This document shows, in pieces, positions 35,255 to 41,698 of a stretch of DNA of 41,698 nucleotides. Numbering within the stretch: position 1 is the stretch's first letter; each line of letters starts with the position of its first letter. The stretch comes from Bacteroidota bacterium (GTDB lineage: Bacteria; Bacteroidota; Bacteroidia; AKYH767-A; JABDAW01), in assembly GCA_023251595.1 (NCBI GenBank), contig JAHEYM010000002.1, forward strand, positions 1-41,698, given 5' to 3'. Both the position numbers and the translations under genes were made by a program. The notes beneath the pieces were generated by a model. The model had not been told where the DNA came from and did not search any database. It saw only the letters and a program-made list of their open reading frames with translations.

Positions 35255-36802
35255 ATGCTAAATCGTAAATTTATTATTCTTTGGTTTTTCATCTCACTTG
35301 TTTTTGCTTTTATAATCAATCAAACAAATCTTTATTTTGTTAAAAAAGCAAATGTCGGTAATGAATCAGCAGTTACCAATTATGGCTACTCACTTTCGAG
35401 TGTTGACGATGTCTGGTATTTGCCTCAGATCAAAAATTATAAAGCGGGCAAAGGGTTTACAATCGATCCGAAAGTTGCTCATTACGATGTACGACGCACG
35501 CCGGTTTATCCACTTTTTTATGGAATACATTATCTTATTTTCGGAGAAAAGCTTTCGTTTTTTTTTATTCGGATCTCGCAACTTTTGTTAGCCGCTCTTG
35601 GAGTTATTCTGCTTGGACTATCGGTGTTGAATATTTCATCCAATATTTCCTGGGCAAAATGGACGATCTATTTGTCAGCATTTAATCCGTTTTTCTACAT
35701 ATATTGTTATTATACGTTAAGTGAATCATTGTCACCGTTCTGTGTGATTCTTGCTTTTTACTTTTTCACTCTTGCTATCAAGGAAGGCAAATATTTATTT
35801 TATTTTTTAACCGGCACCTCCTCGGGACTAATGATTCTCACCAGGCCGCCGACAGGGTTGGTTTTGGCAGCAATAATCTTAACCATGGTCATTTTAAAAA
35901 GAAATGAAATTCGACAACTTTTTCTACAGGGCACAACCATGTGCACCGGATTGATTTTAGTTTTTACTCCCTGGGTGATTCATAATTATATTGTTACGAA
36001 AGGAGAATTGATTTTTCTTGAAAAATTTTACGATGGCGATTCCTTGGATTACGGAAACGGACATGTTTATTTCAAGGAATGGATCTCGAGCTGGACGAAT
36101 GAATTTCATGTTTATTCTTCAGAAACATTTTCCCCGATATTGCGTGGTCAGCCTGATAAAATCGAAGAAAATATTGATTGGTATATTAACCGACTTCCGA
36201 AATATGTGACTGAGATCAATGAACCGGATAAAATAAGAAATGCTCTCAGGTCATTGGGCGAGTGTCATAAATTTAAAGATTCTGTAATGAGGGCAAATCC
36301 AAATTTAATTCCGGAAATGGCAGGATGTGAGGAGATCGTAAAAAATAATTTTTCAGCACTTACAAAAGAATTCAGAGAAAAATCTCCACTTCGATATCAT
36401 ATTATTAATCCCCTGAATAAATTACGGGAACTGGTTTTCAATAGTTGTAGTTATGCCTATGGTTCGTTGAATCCTGTCGGAGGAAAATTTAATTTTGCGC
36501 AGTATATTATAAAAAGTGGAATGTATCTCTTAAATTTATTGTTATACTTTTCATTGTTATTTGTTCTGCTCAAGAAAAACATTTCAGCCGGATTAAAAAT
36601 TCCTATTGTCACAGTTACAATACTTAATTTCATATTCTTCGCTTTCGTCTTTCGGTACATTGAACTAAGATATGTACTGCCAATCTACCCCTTCCTATTT
36701 ATATCGCTGTCTTTCGTAATGTCTCATTTTGGGAATATTGTCCTTTCTCGTTTTGCCGGAAAATCTGTAACTTCGCTTGCAAAAGAGAAGGAACAGGAAT
36801 GA
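35255..36802 (+). CDS. GT-C fold glycosyltransferase (ArnT/PMT, GT39/GT83-like) polytopic membrane protein
   Basis: The likely start is ATG 35255 (MLNRKFIILWFFISLVF). It has more than 10 TM segments, an acidic first loop (SVDDVWYLPQ) and a large soluble loop. It is divergent from a GtrB-like GT2. Confidence 0.6.
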   Translation: MLNRKFIILWFFISLVFAFIINQTNLYFVKKANVGNESAVTNYGYSLSSVDDVWYLPQIKNYKAGKGFTIDPKVAHYDVRRTPVYPLFYGIHYLIFGEKLSFFFIRISQLLLAALGVILLGLSVLNISSNISWAKWTIYLSAFNPFFYIYCYYTLSESLSPFCVILAFYFFTLAIKEGKYLFYFLTGTSSGLMILTRPPTGLVLAAIILTMVILKRNEIRQLFLQGTTMCTGLILVFTPWVIHNYIVTKGELIFLEKFYDGDSLDYGNGHVYFKEWISSWTNEFHVYSSETFSPILRGQPDKIEENIDWYINRLPKYVTEINEPDKIRNALRSLGECHKFKDSVMRANPNLIPEMAGCEEIVKNNFSALTKEFREKSPLRYHIINPLNKLRELVFNSCSYAYGSLNPVGGKFNFAQYIIKSGMYLLNLLLYFSLLFVLLKKNISAGLKIPIVTVTILNFIFFAFVFRYIELRYVLPIYPFLFISLSFVMSHFGNIVLSRFAGKSVTSLAKEKEQE

Positions 36803-36830
36803 GAGTTTAACCATACAAGAAGGCAGTTAG

Positions 36831-37235
36831 ATGTTAAAAGATATTCCACAGCATATTGTAGAAGGTATAGGAATCGCAGTTGTTGGCGATGGAACAGGGA
36901 AAGAGCAGGAGAATTGGAATGTTTATCTGTTGAATTTCAGGAAGGAATTAATTGAAGGGGTTCTCGTTACTTCGAAAGGGTTTGGAATGATTGAAGGGGA
37001 TGAAGTTAAAACATCGACACTCCGACACTCACTTGGCTCAGTTGAACCGGAGACTTATACCAAAATAGAGCCGATTATTTCCAATTTATTTGGATTGAAT
37101 AATGAGTATTGGGTCAGTTTTTTTTTGAATGGCGTTATGTACGACCGCAAATTTATCTTTTTACCCGGAACGATTTCCGAAGAGAATTTCATTAAAGTTC
37201 CGCTTATCAACAAAAGAGGAGTAATGATAAGATAA
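36831..37235 (+). CDS. Hypothetical protein
   Basis: 134-aa ORF starting 28 nt after the ArnT-like gene. No motif was recognised. Confidence 0.45.
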   Translation: MLKDIPQHIVEGIGIAVVGDGTGKEQENWNVYLLNFRKELIEGVLVTSKGFGMIEGDEVKTSTLRHSLGSVEPETYTKIEPIISNLFGLNNEYWVSFFLNGVMYDRKFIFLPGTISEENFIKVPLINKRGVMIR

Positions 37236-37244
37236 AAAAATAAT

Positions 37245-37306
37245 TTAGCTGCAAAGGCGCGAAGACGCCAAGAAAAGAAAACATTGCGCCCTCGTCTCTT
37301 CGCAAC
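37245..37306 (+). repeat. Hairpin repeat family 2, unit A (upstream of the GxxExxY gene)
   Basis: TTAGCTGCAAAGGCGCGAAGACGCCAAG, an A-rich loop, then TTGCGCCCTCGTCTCTTCGCAAC. It forms an imperfect stem of roughly 20 bp. Confidence 0.7.
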
Positions 37307-37342
37307 AAAATAAAAAAAGTTGTGAAGTAAGTATAAACTGAG

Positions 37343-37350
37343 TATTTTTG
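37343..37350 (+). promoter_or_regulatory. -7 box TATTTTTG upstream of the GxxExxY gene
   Basis: Matches TAnnTTTG, 39 nt before the ATG at 37390. Confidence 0.45.
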
Positions 37351-37389
37351 CAAAACAATAATTGGCACCTTTTCTAACAAATTAAACTT

Positions 37390-37803
37390 ATGCTAAACCT
37401 CAAATTAGAAGAAATCGGCAGAGCCATCGTAAATGCCGCATTCAAAGTTCATAAGGAACTTGGTCCCGGATTACTTGAAAAAGTTTATGAAGTTTGTCTT
37501 GCTCATGAACTTCGTAAGGTGGGCTACCATGTTGAAAGGCAATTGGATATTCCAATTCACTATGACGGTCTTGTTTTCGATGATGGATTAAGATTGGATT
37601 TGATGGTGGATAACCTTGTTATAATAGAAACAAAAGCCATTGAAATTGTGAATCCCGTTTGGGAAGCGCAGGTGATAAGTCATTTGAAAATGACCGGAAA
37701 GGAATTGGGGTTTTTAATTAATTTCAATGTTCCTTTGATCAAGAATGGAATAAAAAGATTTGTTAATACAAGAGAGTTTCAAGAATCAAAAGAAATAATT
37801 TAG
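37390..37803 (+). CDS. GxxExxY family protein (PD-(D/E)XK nuclease superfamily)
   Basis: 137 aa. GLLEKVY is a GxxExxY motif. LDLMVDNLVIIETKA is a D...ExK-like core. The TAG stop codon lies inside the repeat head TTAGCTGC. Confidence 0.85.
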   Translation: MLNLKLEEIGRAIVNAAFKVHKELGPGLLEKVYEVCLAHELRKVGYHVERQLDIPIHYDGLVFDDGLRLDLMVDNLVIIETKAIEIVNPVWEAQVISHLKMTGKELGFLINFNVPLIKNGIKRFVNTREFQESKEII

Positions 37804-38131
37804 CTGCAAAGACGCTAAGGCGCTAAGAAAAAATGTAAACTTTGCGTCTTCGCCTCTTCGCAGCAAAACAAAAAAGGAAATTAGCTGCAAAGACGATAAG
37901 ACGCTAAGAAAAAGGAAACTTCGCGCCTTCGCGTCTTTGCAGCAAAAATAAACAAACTAGCTGCTAAGGCGCTAAGAAAAAATGTAAACTTTGCGACTTG
38001 GCGTTTTCGCATAAAAAAAACAATATAGCTGCAAAGGCACTAAGGCGCAAGGAAAAAATGTAAACTTTGCGTCCTCGTGTCTTCGCAGAAAAAAATAAAT
38101 AAATTAGCTGCAAAGGCACTAAGGCACTAAG
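37800..38131 (+). repeat. Tandem array of 4 full, 1 shortened and 1 half hairpin units of repeat family 2
   Basis: Unit heads ((T/C/A)TAGCTGC) are at 37800, 37881, 37957, 38026 and 38104. Units span 37800-37864, 37881-37943, 37957-38011, 38026-38088 and a half unit at 38104-38131. Three units share the loop AAAAAATGTAAAC. Confidence 0.85.
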
Positions 38132-38166
38132 AAATAATAATTTTCACTTTTAAACCTAAAACAAAA

Positions 38167-38904
38167 ATGAACCTCCTTTATCAATTCAATCCAGAAGACA
38201 TTTTGTTTCTTGACATTGAAACAGTTCCGGGACAATCTTCCTTGGAAGAACTTTCTCCCCGTCTTCAAAAATTATGGCTCACAAAAGCCGACAATACACG
38301 TAAAAAAACGGACTCACCTACGGGAGAAACGCCCGATGAAAGTTATCACCGAGCCGGAATTTACGCCGAATTTGGAAAAATAGTTTGCATCTCCGCAGGA
38401 GTTCTTCGCAAACATCCTGACGGTTATTCACTGAGATTAAAATCATTTTTTGGTGATAATGAAAAATCCCTTATCGAAGATTTTTTCTCACTATTAAAAA
38501 AACACTTCAATCAAAAAGAAAGCACTTTATGTGCACACAATGGAAAAGAATTTGATTTTCCATATATTGCCCGCCGTGCAATAATTAATGGTCTTATGCT
38601 CCCGCCAATTCTTGACTTAGCTGGAAAGAAACCTTGGGAAACACAACTGTTAGACACGATGGAACTTTGGAAATTCGGTGATTATAAAAGTTACACTTCG
38701 CTTGAATTACTCGCTGCTATTTTCGACATCGATACTCCTAAAGACGATATTAATGGAAGTATGGTGCGTGAAGTATATTATAAAGAAAAAGACGTTGAAA
38801 GAATTGCAAAATACTGCATGAAAGATGTGCTCACGATCGTACAATTATTTTTGCGATTCCGTGGTGAACCGCTGTTGGAAGAAAGGGATGTGATAAATAC
38901 GTAG
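38167..38904 (+). CDS. DEDD-type 3'-5' exonuclease (PolB-exonuclease-like, RNase H fold)
   Basis: Contains FLDIETVP (Exo I), HNGKEFDFPYI (Exo II) and YCMKDV (Exo III). Confidence 0.7.
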   Translation: MNLLYQFNPEDILFLDIETVPGQSSLEELSPRLQKLWLTKADNTRKKTDSPTGETPDESYHRAGIYAEFGKIVCISAGVLRKHPDGYSLRLKSFFGDNEKSLIEDFFSLLKKHFNQKESTLCAHNGKEFDFPYIARRAIINGLMLPPILDLAGKKPWETQLLDTMELWKFGDYKSYTSLELLAAIFDIDTPKDDINGSMVREVYYKEKDVERIAKYCMKDVLTIVQLFLRFRGEPLLEERDVINT

Positions 38905-38922
38905 CCGATTGCAGGGGATACC

Positions 38923-38960
38923 ATCATGTAGAGACGGGATGCATCCCGTCTCTACATGAT
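38923..38960. terminator. Perfect 38-bp palindrome between convergent genes (likely bidirectional terminator)
   Basis: ATCATGTAGAGACGGGATG|CATCCCGTCTCTACATGAT. It is followed by ATTTATT on the plus strand and ends 2 nt before the glmS stop codon. Confidence 0.7.
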
Positions 38961-38962
38961 AT

Positions 38963-40798
38963 TTATTCCACTGTCACCGATTTTGCAAGATTACGGGGTT
39001 GATCTACATTACAACCTCGCATGACTGCAATATGATATGCTAATAATTGCAATGGAATAACTGCGAGTAAAGGAACCAGAGCATCTTCAACCTCAGGAAT
39101 TTCGATCACATAATCAGCGAGTCCTTTTACTACAGTATCTCCTTCAGTAACGATAGCAATAATTTTTCCTTTTCGTGCTTTTACTTCCTGTATATTACTC
39201 ACTACTTTTTCGTACGAAGAATTTTTATTGGCGATCACCACAACAGGCATCTCCTTGTCGATTAAAGCTATCGGACCGTGTTTCATTTCCGCGGCGGGAT
39301 AACCTTCAGCATGTATATATGAAATTTCTTTTAGTTTTAAAGCGCCTTCGAGTGCGACAGGAAAACCGTAACCCCGACCAAGATAGAGAAAATTACGTGC
39401 ATTTTTATATTCCTCTGCAATCCATTTTACTTTCTCGTTAGTTTCAAGAACTTTTTTGGTTTTTAATGGAATCGTTTCCAGCTCACTCAACATCTGCATA
39501 AAACGTGATTGAGTAATTGTTCCTCTCTCCCGTCCGATCTGAAGTGCCATGAGCGTCAGTACAGCAACCTGTGCCGTGAATGCCTTTGTTGAGGCAACCC
39601 CGATTTCCGGTCCCGCGTGTGTATACGCACCTGCATGGGTTGCGCGAGGAATTGAAGACCCGACGACATTGCAAACACCGAAAATGGTGGCACCTTTCGA
39701 TTTTGCCAATTCTATTGCAGCGAGTGTATCTGCTGTTTCGCCCGATTGAGAAATTGCAATTACTATATCGCATTCGTTAATAATCGGATTGCGGTAACGA
39801 AATTCAGAAGCATATTCAACTTCAACAGGTATTCTGACAAATTCTTCAAATAAATATTCCGCAACGAGTCCCGCATGCCACGAAGTTCCGCAAGCGATAA
39901 TAATAATACGGTCGGCATTTAAAAACTTTGATTGATAATCGGTGATACCGCCCAGTCGTAAAAATCCTTTTCTTGCATCAATTCTTCCGCGCATACTATC
40001 CCAGATGGAGCGTGGTTGCTCATTAATTTCCTTGATCATAAAATGATCATAACCACCTTTTTCGAGCGCCTCGAGTTTAATCTCTAATTCCTGTATATAT
40101 GGAGTTTTGATCTGATTCTCGACCGTTTTGACCGTGAGTTTGCCATCCTTAATAATTGCAATTTCATTGTCATTCAGATATATAACATTTCGTGTATATT
40201 CCACGATTGGCGTGGCATCTGATGCAACAAAAAATTCATCTTTCCCTATCCCGAGAACAATTGGGCTACCTTTTCTTGCAGCAATAATCATATTCGGATC
40301 AGTAGCAGAAAGAATCACAATTGCGTAAGCACCAACAACCTCTGAGAGTGCCATTCTTACGGCCTCTTCGAGTTCAACATGTGTGTTGGTCTGTATTTCT
40401 TCAATCAGATGAACCAAAACTTCGGTGTCTGTATCGCTGCGAAAAATATGTCCGCGTTTGATGAGCTCTTCTTTTATAGAAGCGTAATTCTCAATAATAC
40501 CATTATGGATGATCGACAGATTACCGCTTTCAGACGAGTGCGGGTGGGCATTTCTATCGTTGGGCTCGCCGTGTGTAGCCCAACGGGTGTGTCCCATTCC
40601 AACGTGACCGCCTTTATCTTTCTCCTCCATGAAGGCAGCAAGATCGCTTACTTTACCTGCTTTTTTGTACGTGTTTAAACCATGATTGATCAATGCTACT
40701 CCGGCACTGTCATACCCTCTGTACTCCAATCGATACAACCCTTTCATGATGACAGGATACGCATCGCGGTGACCAATATATGCTACAATTCCACACAT
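38963..40798 (-). CDS. glmS: Glutamine--fructose-6-phosphate aminotransferase
   Basis: 611 aa. N-terminus MCGIVAYIG, tandem SIS domains, C-terminus AKSVTVE. Confidence 0.95.
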   Translation of the reverse strand: MCGIVAYIGHRDAYPVIMKGLYRLEYRGYDSAGVALINHGLNTYKKAGKVSDLAAFMEEKDKGGHVGMGHTRWATHGEPNDRNAHPHSSESGNLSIIHNGIIENYASIKEELIKRGHIFRSDTDTEVLVHLIEEIQTNTHVELEEAVRMALSEVVGAYAIVILSATDPNMIIAARKGSPIVLGIGKDEFFVASDATPIVEYTRNVIYLNDNEIAIIKDGKLTVKTVENQIKTPYIQELEIKLEALEKGGYDHFMIKEINEQPRSIWDSMRGRIDARKGFLRLGGITDYQSKFLNADRIIIIACGTSWHAGLVAEYLFEEFVRIPVEVEYASEFRYRNPIINECDIVIAISQSGETADTLAAIELAKSKGATIFGVCNVVGSSIPRATHAGAYTHAGPEIGVASTKAFTAQVAVLTLMALQIGRERGTITQSRFMQMLSELETIPLKTKKVLETNEKVKWIAEEYKNARNFLYLGRGYGFPVALEGALKLKEISYIHAEGYPAAEMKHGPIALIDKEMPVVVIANKNSSYEKVVSNIQEVKARKGKIIAIVTEGDTVVKGLADYVIEIPEVEDALVPLLAVIPLQLLAYHIAVMRGCNVDQPRNLAKSVTVE

Positions 40799-40809
40799 CG
40801 TTCTTCGTA

Positions 40810-41698
40810 TTAAATCTTGGTATAAGTCAATTTCAGTTTCATTTTGATTCCCTGAGCGGCGGTAATTCCACCACCACCAACAACGCCCCTTGAAGCGTTG
40901 ACGGCATTACCGGAAACAAACAATCGTAAACCATGATCAGTCCACGTGCCATTTAGAACTCCCTGAAGATGGTTATTGAGAATATAACTGTATTCAGGTT
41001 TGCTCGCATTTTTCTCAACTCCTGCACAAAGACCTGAACCGGAATATGTATATTCATCGAGACAAAGATCATTACCGAGTGAATCGAGTTTCATCAGCAA
41101 AAGATTGGAAGGTGATATCAAGGCAGGGTTCATCGAATTAGCTGATGTATCCAGCGTTACTATCAATTCTGCCTGATTTATTGAAATTTTTCCGGCGTCG
41201 TTCAAATGTTTGAAATAAGGAAAGTCGATTTGTGTTTGTACACCAGACATCCCCTGAAGATAACATGTATATAACCCAACTCCAGGGTCATTTAATGCAG
41301 CCTGAACCTGCGTACCGGAGTAGTCATGCACAAAATGGTTAACGCGTGCTGACTTTTCACCAAAAGACAGACTGAATGAAAGTGAGTCGCTCGCATCGTT
41401 GCGATAATAAATCGAAATTTTTGTTTCAGAAGATAGGGGATCAAAATAGAGAATTGAACCAGACCCGGCAACGGCATCCGCCTGAATATACACCCCGCGG
41501 AAAAACTGGAAAAACTGGTCGTTGTCTGTTAAGGTAGTTGTACCCGAAAGAGCAAGGATGGTATTGGCAAATGCAAGGTCCATCGGAATCCTGATTTGTG
41601 CTGCCCGGTTAATTCCTCCGACGTTTACAGAATCCTTCGTATGTGGGGTGAAGGTGACCGAACCTGAAGGAGTAGGATAATGTGCAAAAACCGTATCT
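40810..41698 (-). CDS. DUF4270-like protein, 5'-truncated by the window edge
   Basis: Hand translation shows the frame stays open upstream of the track Met at 41583 all the way to 41697 (...DTVFAHYPTPSGSVTFTPHTKDSVNVGGINRAAQIRIPM...). The family call rests on remembered DUF4270-glmS synteny in Bacteroidota. Confidence 0.55.
   Translation of the reverse strand, partial: DTVFAHYPTPSGSVTFTPHTKDSVNVGGINRAAQIRIPMDLAFANTILALSGTTTLTDNDQFFQFFRGVYIQADAVAGSGSILYFDPLSSETKISIYYRNDASDSLSFSLSFGEKSARVNHFVHDYSGTQVQAALNDPGVGLYTCYLQGMSGVQTQIDFPYFKHLNDAGKISINQAELIVTLDTSANSMNPALISPSNLLLMKLDSLGNDLCLDEYTYSGSGLCAGVEKNASKPEYSYILNNHLQGVLNGTWTDHGLRLFVSGNAVNASRGVVGGGGITAAQGIKMKLKLTYTKI

Noticed and set aside
37800-38131. 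Possible CRISPR array (regularly spaced ~70-80-bp units)
   Set aside because: The units are imperfect and each is internally palindromic over ~25 bp. They are separated only by short A-rich linkers, not unique spacers, and no cas genes are present. The same motif occurs singly elsewhere in the window. This is a REP-like hairpin array, not CRISPR.
40799-40809. Looked for a glmS ribozyme or leader upstream of glmS
   Set aside because: Only 11 nt separate glmS from the upstream gene, leaving no room for a structured leader. The ribozyme is also not expected in this phylum.

Overview
This window looks like a Bacteroidota chromosomal segment. Supporting signs are T9SS type-A and type-B C-terminal sorting domains, recurrent TAnnTTTG -7 promoter boxes, and DUF4270-glmS and DUF4271-hemD style synteny. 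Most of it is housekeeping: gltX, folB, tRNA-Cys, glnS, lysS, lipB, glmS, meaB, rnpA, yidD, hemD-like and an S41 peptidase. Mixed in are large secreted adhesin-like proteins, a TonB-dependent receptor and envelope glycosylation genes.

The supplied ORF track misses two edge-truncated genes: a large Gly-rich secreted protein at 1..2503(-) and a DUF4270-like gene at 40810..41698(-).

Five items deserve a second look:
1. An accessory islet sits directly downstream of tRNA-Cys, between gltX-folB and glnS. It carries an overlapping ABC-type ATPase plus Cys-poor HNH-like pair (a Septu-like candidate defence module) and a secreted papain-like protein.
2. A dispersed hairpin repeat family (head TTAGCTGC followed by NAAGNCGC octamers) brackets a GxxExxY PD-(D/E)XK gene. 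It forms a 5.5-unit array at 37800-38131, and elsewhere it is expanded into a perfect 5x octamer tract inside a divergent promoter region.
3. A second repeat family consists of nested palindromes that start exactly at stop codons; three copies are present.
4. A MORN-repeat gene appears to be split by a frameshift.
5. A lipoprotein(CX4CH)-YceI-beta-barrel operon is present.

All family assignments rest on motifs read by eye. No database search was possible.
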